A stretch of 64,000 nucleotides of DNA from positions 2,053-66,052 of the forward strand of contig JBKHXE010000021.1 of assembly GCA_046566185.1 (NCBI GenBank). The letters are read 5' to 3'. The translations under genes were made by a program, and so were the position numbers. The DNA is from Actinomycetes bacterium. Its GTDB lineage: Bacteria > Actinomycetota > Actinomycetes > Actinomycetales > SCSIO-59966. How positions within the stretch are numbered: position 1 is the stretch's first letter; every line of letters begins with the position of its first letter. The notes below the pieces were generated by a model, which worked only from the letters and a program-made list of their open reading frames with translations, had not been told where the DNA came from and did not search any database. This document shows, piece by piece, positions 55,376 through 64,000 of the stretch.

Positions 55376-58300
55376 CGGTGCTCCCCGCCTTCCCCAGCAC
55401 GTGGTCGGCCAGCAACCCGCCGACGCCGGCGAGCTCCGCCGCGACCGCCAGCTCGCGCAGCCGCACGCCGGGCACGTCGCGGGTGTAGGTGTCCGGCAGG
55501 AACAGCGCCGGCAGGAACGTGGACAGCGGCGCCAGCTCGGCGGCGCCCACGGTGCGCAGCCGGGCGAGGTCGACTGCCTCGGTGACACAGCCCAGCAGGG
55601 CGTCGAAGTCCCAGCGCCGCGCCTCGGCGTCCGGGTGCAGCCCGAGCAGCATCGTCTGCGGCGCCCGGGCTCCCGGCGCGTCGTACTGGAACGCCACCGC
55701 GGTGGTGTCGGACGCCGCCGGCACCGTCTCGGTCCAGGCGTCGACCACCACGCCGGCGGCCGGCTGCGCCGGGTCGACGTCCTGCGGCGCGTGCAGCACC
55801 AGGCCGACGACACCGTGCGGTGGCGGCACGGGGACGCCCCGCTCGTCGCGCTCGAACGGCAGCGCGACCCAGCGGGCGCCGGGCCGGTGCGGCGCCTGGA
55901 CGACGCGCAGGTCGGCGGCGACGTCCGCACCGTCCGCCTCGGCGTGCGCGAGCAGCGACGCCAGCGGGTCGAGCGCGGGCCTCACCAGGCTGCGGGTGTG
56001 CAGCCACGTCACCGCCGCGGTCTCGTCGGAGCCCAGCAGCGCGTCGCGGTCGGCGAGCGCGGCGGCCAGCGGGGCCGGTGCCGCGGGCAGCACCAGGGGC
56101 AGGAACGGCTGGTCGGCGCCGAGCAGGGTCCGCACGACGGCGCGCGCGGCGACCAGGCCCGGCGGCTCGGCGGGGCCCGGCGGGTCGCCGGCGGCCGGGT
56201 CCGTCGCCGAGGCGTCGGTGCCGGTGAGCAGCGCGTCGGCGGCGGCGAGCCGGGAGCGGAGCCGGTCGAGCACGGCGGCGGCGTGAGTGGCGCCGTCGTC
56301 GTCCCCGGCCGGCGACACGGCGTCCGGCCCGTCGAGGGGCACCACGGCCAGCAGCGCGTCGGCCAGCGCGTCGGCGTCCCCGCCGGCGAGGGCGGTCTCG
56401 AGCGCCGCCACCAGGCCGGCGGCGGCCGCCCGCACCGCTCCCGCCCGGGCGACCGCCTCGGTGACGTCGTACCGCCCGGGCGGGCTGCCGGCGCCGCCGG
56501 ACAGGTCGTCGGAGGCGACCAGGTCGGCGGGGGTCAGCACCGGGGCGCCGGCGACGTCCGCGGCCCAGCCGGCGAGGTCGAGCACCGGCGCGAGGCCGGC
56601 GGCCTCGACGCTGACGGCGTCGTCCGGGCCGGGCTGGTGGCCGCCGGTCTCGGCGGCCCGGCCGAGTGCCAGGGCGGCGCGCAGCTCCAGCTCGGTGGGC
56701 CTGCCCCCGGCGGGCCGGCGGGCGGCGAGGGCGAACGACAGCGCGCCCAGACCCGCCGCCACCGCGTCGACACCCACCGACAGCGGCACCGCCGGCTCGC
56801 GGTCGAGCGTCCCGGTGACGCGCCACCGGTCGGGGCGGCCGAGCACGGTGCCCACCCAGCGGTCCAGCCGCGGCTCGGCGACCGAGCGGATGTCCTCCGG
56901 CCAGCCACCGGCGGGGTCGTCCGGCTCCGCGGGCAGCCACAGCCCGACGCGGTGCGCGACGACGGCGCCGTCGCGGGGGGTCCGCACGAACTCCGGGTCC
57001 GGCGGCGGCGCCTGGCGGTCGTGCGCGGCCAGCGCCGCGCCGGAGCGCTCCAGGTTGCCGGCGGTCGCCTGGTGCACGGCCTCGGCCACGAGCACGTCGC
57101 TCACCGCGTCCGCGAGGCCGGCCACGGCGTCCAGCACCGCGGCGACGGCGGCGTGGTCGGCGGCGGCGACGCCGGCCGCGGTGAGCAGCCCGGTCCGCTC
57201 GCGCTCCCAGCGCGCCAGCAGCGCGACGCCGTCGACGACGTCGCGGGCCGCCACCGACTCCACGGGCTCGACGAGCTCCGGGTCGTCGGGCCGTTCGCTG
57301 CGCAGCGGGCACTGCATCCGCAGCGGCAGGATCCACCGGGCCAGCCGCAGGTCGGCCCGCTGCAGGCCGCGCTCCACCCGGTACCCGAGCAGCGCGGCCA
57401 GCCGCTGCCCCGAGCCGATGCCCTCGAGCAGCCGCAGGGCCTCGCGGACCCGGCGGGAGGTGAGGTCGAGGTCGAACACCTCGCCGGCACCGGTGCGGTG
57501 CGCCATCCGCGCGCTGCGCATCACGGCCAGCGAGACCGCCTGGCCGAGGGAGGGCGCGTGCACGAAGCCGGCGCTGTCGGCGGCCGGCCCGGTGTCGCGG
57601 CGCAGGTCCTCGACGACGCCCCAGCCGCCGAGGTGCACCCCGGTCGGGGCGGTGCCGCGGCGCTCCTGCAGCCGCGCCGCCGCCAGCGACGTGAACCAGG
57701 CGTCGAGCCGGGTCGCGTACAGGTCGAGGACGCCGCGGAACGCCCAGTCCAGCTGGCCGGGGGGCGCCTCGGTGAGCGTCGTGACCGCCTCGCGGTACCG
57801 GGCGAGCCGGTGCAGCGGGCTGTCCGGGACGTCGAGCAGGTCGCGGAACGCGGACGCCTGCCGCCAGAAGGCGGTCGCGACGTGCTCGCCGAGCGTGGCC
57901 GTGCCGGTCAGCTGCGGCAGCACGGTGCTCGACAGCTCCAGCGGGGTGCTCGGCACCGCGACGGCGGACCCGGGCGCCGCGGGGGCGGACACCTCCGGCT
58001 CCACCCGCAGCGTGAACGGCACCCGGTCGGCGGTGCGGCCGAGGTAGGCCGTGAACTCCGGTGAGACGCCGAGGGTCGGCGCGGCGTCCCGGGCGGCCTG
58101 CTTGGCGGCCAGGTCGTACTCGCGCACCAGCGCGTACGCGAGGAAGGCCTCCAGCAGCGCGACCGAGTTCGTCCGGCCGTCGACGAGCCGGCGGGCGTCC
58201 GGCTGCGACATCGCGTCGAGCAGCTCCGCCAGGTAGCCGGTCGGGTCGGCCAGGTCGGGGCGGGCGACGAGCGGGACGTCGAGGCCCCGGCCGGTGGGGT

Positions 58301-60119
58301 CGTGCACGAGCTGGGTCAGCGGCACCGTCGGGTACCAGCCCATCGTCCCGAGCACGGTCGCGGTGACCCGGTGCTGCAGGTCGGCGAGCGCGCCGATCTT
58401 CTGTCCCGCGTAGCGGAACTCCGCCGGCCCGGTGAGCACCCGGAAGTCCAGCGACCACGCGACCGGGGTGCGCTGCAGCAGCCGCAGCAGCACGTCGTCC
58501 GCGTCCTCGCGGGTGCGTACGTCGGCGATCCGCGGCACGAGTGCGACGAGCTCCTCGACGAGGCCGCGCAGCCGGCCGCCGACGGTCAGGACGTCGCGCT
58601 GCGCCCGGCGGCCGCGGGTCGGCGCGAAGGAGCGCGGGACGACCGGGAGCAGCCCGTACGGCTGGTCGGCGACGCGCCAGGTCGGCAGCGGCCCGCCGGG
58701 GCGCAGGTGGGCCGCGGCGTGGTCGCGCAGCGCCTGCTCGACGCGCTCGTCGTCCACCAGCGGGTCGAGCATCTCCCGCAGGTAGTAGCCGGCCGTGGCG
58801 GGCCACAGCGCGTCCACCAGCGCGCCCTGCCAGGCCTGCTCGCGCAGGTCGGCGCCCGGGACGCCGGCGAGCACCGAGCCGCCGAGCCCGAGGGCGGACG
58901 CCGTCAGGGTCGCGGCGTCGTCCGGGCGTGGCGCGGCGAACCGGTGCGGGGCGAGCTGCTCGCGGGCGGCGGCGGGGTCGCTGCTGAAGCCGCTGCGCAC
59001 GGCCCGGTCCTGCCCCGGGCCCGGGGACGCGGTGGAGTTCGTCGCCGTGCCCTGCGGCACGAACGCGAGGTCACCCTCGCCGGCGAGCCCGGCGAGGTGC
59101 GCCTCGAGCGCGGCAGCGCCCTGCGCCGGGTCGAGCGTGCGGTCGACCCCGAGGACGACGAGCCGGTCGACGCCGTCCGCGAGGCGGACGCCGGGCACGA
59201 CGTCGGACTGCTCGACGGTGACGAGCATGCCCACCGACTCCGCGGCGTCCGGGTCGTGCACCCAGCGCAGGCCCTCGTCGGCGGGCAGACCGCGCGGGGT
59301 CGCGGGGGCCTCGGGGTCGGGTCGGGGGCCGACCTGCAGGGTGTCGGGGACGGTGCTGCCCCACACGCGGAAGATCTGCCGGTGGCGTCCCTCGGCCTCC
59401 CGGCGGAACCCGACGACCGCCCACCGGTCGGGCAGCAGGGTCGCCTGCGGCGCGCGGCTCCACGCGGCGGCGCGGCGCGGCAGGTCGTCCCAGCGCGGCG
59501 CCTCGTCGTCGGTCCCGAGGTTCACCGGTGGGTAGGTGCGGACCAGGAACGCGGCCCGGCCGGGACGCAGCCGGGTGGCGAGCACCCCCCACGCCTCGTC
59601 GGCGAGGACGTCGACCAGCGGGTCGGGGGCCAGCGGGTCGTCCGGCCCGCGGTGCGGCCACCGGTGCTCCCAGTACCAGCGCAGGCCCTTCTCCTCGTCC
59701 TCGGTGAGCGCCGGGTCGTGCGTGCTGACGTGCACCTGGTCGGGGAACACCCGCACGCGCAGCCGGTCCGGCCCGTCGAAGCGGGTCTCGATCCGGACCG
59801 GCAGCAGCAGCACCGGGTGGTCGGCGGACAGGGACGTCACGGCGTCCTCGGGCGACCCGACCTCGAGCAGCCGGTCCGCGAGCTCGCCGACGCGCAGCCT
59901 GGCGCCCGTCTCCCGGGCGAGCAGGTCGCGGCGCTCGGTGACCAGCCGCCGCAGTGTCTCGTCCTCGCGCTCGGTGACCGAGGTGTCGCCGGCGCCGAGT
60001 GCGGCGTCCCGGGCGGTGGAGGCCTCCGCGACGGCGACGTCGAGCAGGCGCAGCCGCTCCTGGTGCTCGGCGACCGAGCGGCGGGCCGCGGTGATGGCGG
60101 TGAGGTCGAGGTCCGGCAT
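55368..60119 (-). CDS. hypothetical 1583-aa protein, no recognisable domain (second complete gene of the giant-ORFan operon)
   Basis: ORF 55368..60119. ATG 60119 is preceded by GGGGGAG in an 18-nt gap. A charged helical N-terminus (~100 aa) is followed by PVLLLPVRIETRF...VRVFPDQVHVSTHDPALTEDEE. I found no Walker, HExxH, signal-peptide or TM features. Confidence 0.8.
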   Translation of the reverse strand: MPDLDLTAITAARRSVAEHQERLRLLDVAVAEASTARDAALGAGDTSVTEREDETLRRLVTERRDLLARETGARLRVGELADRLLEVGSPEDAVTSLSADHPVLLLPVRIETRFDGPDRLRVRVFPDQVHVSTHDPALTEDEEKGLRWYWEHRWPHRGPDDPLAPDPLVDVLADEAWGVLATRLRPGRAAFLVRTYPPVNLGTDDEAPRWDDLPRRAAAWSRAPQATLLPDRWAVVGFRREAEGRHRQIFRVWGSTVPDTLQVGPRPDPEAPATPRGLPADEGLRWVHDPDAAESVGMLVTVEQSDVVPGVRLADGVDRLVVLGVDRTLDPAQGAAALEAHLAGLAGEGDLAFVPQGTATNSTASPGPGQDRAVRSGFSSDPAAAREQLAPHRFAAPRPDDAATLTASALGLGGSVLAGVPGADLREQAWQGALVDALWPATAGYYLREMLDPLVDDERVEQALRDHAAAHLRPGGPLPTWRVADQPYGLLPVVPRSFAPTRGRRAQRDVLTVGGRLRGLVEELVALVPRIADVRTREDADDVLLRLLQRTPVAWSLDFRVLTGPAEFRYAGQKIGALADLQHRVTATVLGTMGWYPTVPLTQLVHDPTGRGLDVPLVARPDLADPTGYLAELLDAMSQPDARRLVDGRTNSVALLEAFLAYALVREYDLAAKQAARDAAPTLGVSPEFTAYLGRTADRVPFTLRVEPEVSAPAAPGSAVAVPSTPLELSSTVLPQLTGTATLGEHVATAFWRQASAFRDLLDVPDSPLHRLARYREAVTTLTEAPPGQLDWAFRGVLDLYATRLDAWFTSLAAARLQERRGTAPTGVHLGGWGVVEDLRRDTGPAADSAGFVHAPSLGQAVSLAVMRSARMAHRTGAGEVFDLDLTSRRVREALRLLEGIGSGQRLAALLGYRVERGLQRADLRLARWILPLRMQCPLRSERPDDPELVEPVESVAARDVVDGVALLARWERERTGLLTAAGVAAADHAAVAAVLDAVAGLADAVSDVLVAEAVHQATAGNLERSGAALAAHDRQAPPPDPEFVRTPRDGAVVAHRVGLWLPAEPDDPAGGWPEDIRSVAEPRLDRWVGTVLGRPDRWRVTGTLDREPAVPLSVGVDAVAAGLGALSFALAARRPAGGRPTELELRAALALGRAAETGGHQPGPDDAVSVEAAGLAPVLDLAGWAADVAGAPVLTPADLVASDDLSGGAGSPPGRYDVTEAVARAGAVRAAAAGLVAALETALAGGDADALADALLAVVPLDGPDAVSPAGDDDGATHAAAVLDRLRSRLAAADALLTGTDASATDPAAGDPPGPAEPPGLVAARAVVRTLLGADQPFLPLVLPAAPAPLAAALADRDALLGSDETAAVTWLHTRSLVRPALDPLASLLAHAEADGADVAADLRVVQAPHRPGARWVALPFERDERGVPVPPPHGVVGLVLHAPQDVDPAQPAAGVVVDAWTETVPAASDTTAVAFQYDAPGARAPQTMLLGLHPDAEARRWDFDALLGCVTEAVDLARLRTVGAAELAPLSTFLPALFLPDTYTRDVPGVRLRELAVAAELAGVGGLLADHVLGKAGSTGA

Positions 60120-60137
60120 CGGTGGGCTCCCCCGGGC

Positions 60138-63100
60138 TCAGCGCTGCACCGGCAGCGGGGACGTCAGGTGGCGGGCGTGCACGTACAGCGCGAACGGCTT
60201 CTGGAACAGGACGGCGGCCACGTCGTCCGCCCGGGAGGCCGCGCCGTTGAGGCCGAGCGCCGGGAACGCCGTGCGGGTGAGGTGCCCGCCGTGCGTCACC
60301 CCGGTCGCCGGCCACGCCAGGGCGTCGCTGCCGCTGCCCGGCTCGGCCGTCTCGTCGAGCCCGAAGCGCGGCTCGGTGACCGGCTCCATCAGCGCGAAGA
60401 ACCAGCCGTCGCCGTCGGTCAGATCGGTGTCGACGAGCGGGAACCCGAAGAACGACACGTCGGGGTCGAACTGCCCGGCGAACACCGGCTCGAGGACGTC
60501 GGCGGTGTCCCGGCTCGGTCGGGTGCCGTCGGCCCGGACGGCGAGCACCACGGTGTGCGGGTAGCGGCGCAGCAGGTCGCCGCGCACCAGCAGGACGAGG
60601 TTCCCGCGCGGGTCGGTGGTCTGCTGGGCGAGGGTGCCCGCACCCCACGTGTGCAGCGGGGGGACGTCGGAGCGGCCGTCGAGACGGTCCCAGAACCGGC
60701 GGAACGGGGTGCCGCGGCTGTCGGTGGGGTAGCCGCGCCAGAGCAGCTCGGAGTTCGTCTCGTGGTTCAGCCCCGCCATGAACGCGGCGATGAAGCGCGG
60801 GTTGGTCTCCAGCAGGCTCACCGAGTCCGGCGGGATCGCGTCGATGCCCGGGCAGAAGCGTGCCTGGTCGTACTCGGCGAGGTAGCGGTACGCGGGGACG
60901 TCGAGCACCGGGTAGGCCATCACCCGGTCCGCGGCCGGCGTCGCCCACCAGCCGTCGGCGCCGGTGAAGGGCCCGGTGAGGGTGCCGACGGTGGCCCCCG
61001 CGAAGCGCAGCGACGCGTCGCGGCGCAGGGGCTGCGCCACTGCCGGGTCGAGGTGGGCCAGCGCGGCCGCGGTGACCGAGCCGAGGTCGAGCGGCACGAG
61101 GGTGGCGGTGACCTCGGGGGTCGTCAGGGTCGACACGTCACGCCACAGCGTGACCGCCAGCTCGAAGCGGCCGATGGTCGCGGCGTCGGTGACCAGCGGC
61201 GGCATCGTCACGGTGGGCCGGCCGCCGGGCGGCGGCGCAGGGCCGACGACGACGGGGCCGGGCTCCACCACGGGTCCGGGCACCACCGGGCCGGGCAGCG
61301 TCGGCCTCGGCCGACCCGCGCCGGGCAGGCCGGGCAGTCCGGGACGCGCCGGCCCGGGCCGCGAGCGCAGCGCCCCGAGGCCGGTCCGCGCCTCGGCGGG
61401 CGCGGCGCGCACGACGGAGGGCACCGACGCGTGCCCCGGGCGCAGCCCGCCGCGCGTGAGTACCGGCAGGTCGGCGTCGGCCGCGCGGACGGCGTGCAGC
61501 ACGCCCGGTCCGAGCCGCGCGACGACGGCGGTGAGGTCGGCGCCCGCGAGCGAGCCGTCCAGGGCCGCGACCGGCCGGTTGCGGCGGCCCGCCTCGGTGC
61601 GCAGCACGAGCCGGCCCCCGGTGTCGACGTCCAGCACCCCGACGTCCACCGCGGTGTCGACGCGCCCGCCGGCGACCGTCGGGCCCTCCAGCAGCAGCCC
61701 GACGCCGGGCGTGCGGCCGGCGCCCTCGACGAGGGCCTCGCTGAGCGCGCCGGTGGAGACGGCGAGTGCGGTGTCCACGTCGACCCGCACGTCCTGCTCG
61801 ACCAGCGCCCGGGTGACGGTGACCGCCAGGTCGCGGGCCGCCTCCAGGTGGGCGGTGCCGAGCATCCCGGTGTCGCGCAGGTCCGGCCGGGTCGTCCACA
61901 GCTCCAGCGGCGTGCCGTCCTGCGTCGAGGTCACCGCCTGCGCCGCGGACGCCAGCCCCCGGACGTCCTCGCGCCGCACCTGCACCGGCAGGCCGAGACC
62001 CGCGAGGTCGCCGGCGCCGTCCAGCGCCGCGGGGTCGAAGCCGCTGAGCACCGGGCGCTCGAAGCGGGTGGCGTCGACGTCGCGGCGCCCCTGGGCCAGT
62101 GCGGCGACCAGCCCCGGGCGCAGCGCCGTGCCGGTCACGCCGACACGGCGGGCGGCGCGCTGGACGGCGCGCCCGGCCGGGGCCAGCGCCCGCCGGAACC
62201 CGGCGCCGAGGACGGCGTCGGGCGTCGACGTGCGCGCCACCGCCGCGGTCAGGGCGCGGCCGGCGACCGGCAGCCGGGCGGCGACGGGACCGACGACGGT
62301 GAGCAGCCGCTCGTCGTCCATCGGCGCCAGGTGCCGGCGGTGGAAGGCGCGGGAGAGCAGCGTCGCGAGCGCGGCGCGCTGCAGCGCGGCCTCGGCGTCC
62401 AGCACGTCGCCGACCTGCTGCCAGGCGGCGTGCACGATGTCCTCCTGGTGCTGCCGGACGCACTCGGCGCCGAGGCCGGCGGCGACCCGGGGCCGCGGGT
62501 CGAGGTTGAGCTCGCGGAACCACACCGGGTCGCTCGGGCCGACCTGCCAGCGCCGGCGGTGCGAGGAGGCGTAGACCGGCGGCCCGACCGGCTGGCGGTC
62601 GGTCTCCGCGACGACGCCGTCGAGCCGGCCGTCGGCGGCGTCGGCGAGGGTCCGGCTGACCGTGGCGAGCCCGTCGACCAGCGTGGCCGCCACCTGTGCG
62701 AGGGTGCCGTCGCTGCCGGCGGTGGCACGCAGCGCGCCGTCCATGTCGATGCGCCGCTGGTCGGGGTCGTCCGCGTCGACCGGGGCGGGCACTCGCAGCG
62801 GCGGCGGGTTGGCGCCGACGTGCATCGGCACGTAGCCGACCGTCGCGGGTGCCTCGAACGGCCGCAGCCGCTGCGCGAGGGCCTCGAAGTCGCCCTCGGG
62901 CCCGGTCTGGAACCGCCAGTGGTGGTAGACGGGCAGGGTGACCGACTCCGGCGACGACCAGGCCGGCGCCAGCGACTCGCCGTCCGGCGTGCCGCCCAGG
63001 CCCCGGACGACGCCGGCGTCGAAGGCGGGCACGAGGGCGGCGACCCAGCGCCGGCCCGGCGCCAGCCGGCGCGGGCACATCAGGCGGGCGACGTTGCGGT

Positions 63101-63662
63101 CGGGCTGCGCGCCGAGGGTGTCGGCCACCGCCTGCGGCGTGGCGGCGCCGCCGGTCGGTGCGACCAGCTGCACGTGCGCCCAGGCCCAGGAGTCGGCGAG
63201 GTCGGGCAGCTCGGCGGCCGCCCCGCTCTCGATCCGCAGGCGCGGCAGCGGCGCACCGGTCGGCAGGCTCACGGTAACGCCGGGCCGGTCCTCGACGACG
63301 ACGAGCACCAGCCACGGCAGCAGCCGGTCGCTCGCGCCGCGCGGCGTGAACAGCCACGGCAGCTCGGGGGCGTCGAGGTCCACGGCGGCGAGGTAGTTCG
63401 GCTCCGCGTCGGTGGTGTGCGGGCGCGGCGACATCCGCACCACCTGGGCGGGGTCGAGGCCCACCACGTCGCCCGGTCCGAACAGGGTCGCGCCGGTGGT
63501 GACGGTGGGGTCCCCGGTGACGCCCGCGACGGTCGCCGTGACGACCACGCCGGCACGCAGGGGCACGCTCGGCGGCGCGCTCGACGACGCGGCCGGCTCG
63601 TCGGGCAGTGCCGCGGCGAGCCCGCGGCGCGCCCACGGCAGGAAGCGGTAGGTGGTGGCCAC
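60138..63662 (-). CDS. hypothetical 1174-aa protein, no recognisable domain (first complete gene of the giant-ORFan operon)
   Basis: ORF 60138..63662. GTG 63662 lies 1 nt after the upstream stop. The N-terminus is MATTYRFLPWARRGL. There is an internal Pro/Gly-rich linker (encoded about 61215..61375). The C-terminal block is LLWRGYPTDSRGTPFRRFWD...LLRRYPHTVVLAV. There is no signal peptide or TM segment. Confidence 0.8.
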   Translation of the reverse strand: MATTYRFLPWARRGLAAALPDEPAASSSAPPSVPLRAGVVVTATVAGVTGDPTVTTGATLFGPGDVVGLDPAQVVRMSPRPHTTDAEPNYLAAVDLDAPELPWLFTPRGASDRLLPWLVLVVVEDRPGVTVSLPTGAPLPRLRIESGAAAELPDLADSWAWAHVQLVAPTGGAATPQAVADTLGAQPDRNVARLMCPRRLAPGRRWVAALVPAFDAGVVRGLGGTPDGESLAPAWSSPESVTLPVYHHWRFQTGPEGDFEALAQRLRPFEAPATVGYVPMHVGANPPPLRVPAPVDADDPDQRRIDMDGALRATAGSDGTLAQVAATLVDGLATVSRTLADAADGRLDGVVAETDRQPVGPPVYASSHRRRWQVGPSDPVWFRELNLDPRPRVAAGLGAECVRQHQEDIVHAAWQQVGDVLDAEAALQRAALATLLSRAFHRRHLAPMDDERLLTVVGPVAARLPVAGRALTAAVARTSTPDAVLGAGFRRALAPAGRAVQRAARRVGVTGTALRPGLVAALAQGRRDVDATRFERPVLSGFDPAALDGAGDLAGLGLPVQVRREDVRGLASAAQAVTSTQDGTPLELWTTRPDLRDTGMLGTAHLEAARDLAVTVTRALVEQDVRVDVDTALAVSTGALSEALVEGAGRTPGVGLLLEGPTVAGGRVDTAVDVGVLDVDTGGRLVLRTEAGRRNRPVAALDGSLAGADLTAVVARLGPGVLHAVRAADADLPVLTRGGLRPGHASVPSVVRAAPAEARTGLGALRSRPGPARPGLPGLPGAGRPRPTLPGPVVPGPVVEPGPVVVGPAPPPGGRPTVTMPPLVTDAATIGRFELAVTLWRDVSTLTTPEVTATLVPLDLGSVTAAALAHLDPAVAQPLRRDASLRFAGATVGTLTGPFTGADGWWATPAADRVMAYPVLDVPAYRYLAEYDQARFCPGIDAIPPDSVSLLETNPRFIAAFMAGLNHETNSELLWRGYPTDSRGTPFRRFWDRLDGRSDVPPLHTWGAGTLAQQTTDPRGNLVLLVRGDLLRRYPHTVVLAVRADGTRPSRDTADVLEPVFAGQFDPDVSFFGFPLVDTDLTDGDGWFFALMEPVTEPRFGLDETAEPGSGSDALAWPATGVTHGGHLTRTAFPALGLNGAASRADDVAAVLFQKPFALYVHARHLTSPLPVQR

Positions 63663-63663
63663 G

Positions 63664-64000
63664 TCAGACCCCCTGCAGCTCGAACGCCTCGACGGTCAGC
63701 GTGCCGCTGGCGGCCGCCTGCTGCTCGGCGACGGCGGCCGAGCCGGCCAGCGCCGGCGCGAGCTCCGCGGCCACCTCGAGATCGCCGGCGTCCACCAGCG
63801 CGATGGGCAGGTCACGGGTCACCGCCGCCGCACCGGGGCCCCCGGCGAGCAGCGCCGCCGTCGTCGCCCGCACCGAGCGGGCCGCCGCCCCGAACGCCAC
63901 GTGGACGCCGAGCAGCGCGTCGTCCAGCGCCGCCGCGCGGTCGACGAGGGTGAGCCGCCACGGCCAGCGCGCCACCTCCGGCTCCGGCTCGAGCAGCTTC
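63664..64000 (-). CDS. hypothetical protein, 3' end only (frame open to the right edge of the window)
   Basis: The ORF track lists 63664..63975, but the same frame has no stop up to 64000 (KLLEPEPEVARWPWRL...). The gene therefore probably starts outside the window. It is Ala-rich, with no family recognised. Confidence 0.5.
   Translation of the reverse strand, partial: KLLEPEPEVARWPWRLTLVDRAAALDDALLGVHVAFGAAARSVRATTAALLAGGPGAAAVTRDLPIALVDAGDLEVAAELAPALAGSAAVAEQQAAASGTLTVEAFELQGV

Noticed and set aside
58302-63953. A 1883-aa plus-strand ORF, the longest in the track, opposite the giant-ORFan genes.
   Set aside because: Its translation is dominated by Arg, Gly, Pro, Ala and Asp runs (RRGRGG..., PRRAAPPSSPAP...), typical of antisense frames of very high-G+C coding DNA. 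The minus-strand frames have a balanced composition and coherent start/stop coupling.

Overview
This 64-kb window comes from a chromosome with very high G+C (judged by eye, not computed). It looks like Actinomycetota: codon position 3 is almost always G/C, and there are many long Arg/Pro/Gly-rich shadow ORFs on the wrong frames or strand. I support 45 protein-coding genes and one probable gene remnant, plus a 19-bp tandem repeat, two operator-like palindromes and two terminator-like hairpins. I saw no rRNA, tRNA, CRISPR array, transposase, integrase or prophage genes.

Gene content, left to right:
- An M3 peptidase (runs off the left edge), an anti-sigma-like ATPase, an F420/LLM oxidoreductase and an S4 protein.
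- A two-subunit sodium:solute symporter beside a 5-gene translationally coupled operon: DUF294 nucleotidyltransferase, small membrane protein, SSF-domain sensor kinase, receiver-only response regulator, and a degenerate kinase fused to a DnaQ-type exonuclease.
- A flippase-like membrane protein, TreT-type trehalose synthase, an FAD/Rieske oxidoreductase and an aldo/keto reductase.
- A CebR-like beta-glucoside locus: Tat-secreted protein, ABC sugar importer, GH1 beta-glucosidase and LacI regulator, with operator palindromes.
- modABC with an HTH-TOBE regulator.
- A cold-shock-domain gene followed by a DEAD-box helicase.
- recC-recB-recD and a PPOX/F420 protein.
- A secreted module of LVIVD beta-propeller, PA-domain S8 subtilase and a second LVIVD beta-propeller.

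The best candidate for an undescribed system is the minus-strand block 48115..64000. It holds at least four tightly coupled genes, three of them complete (1174, 1583 and 604 aa). I could not find any recognisable catalytic, transport or secretion motif in them. They are followed by a 1664-aa SARP/BTAD-STAND NTPase-TM-14xWD40 protein and a small anchored secreted protein. Any function for this block is inference only. Profile and structure searches and synteny analysis are needed.
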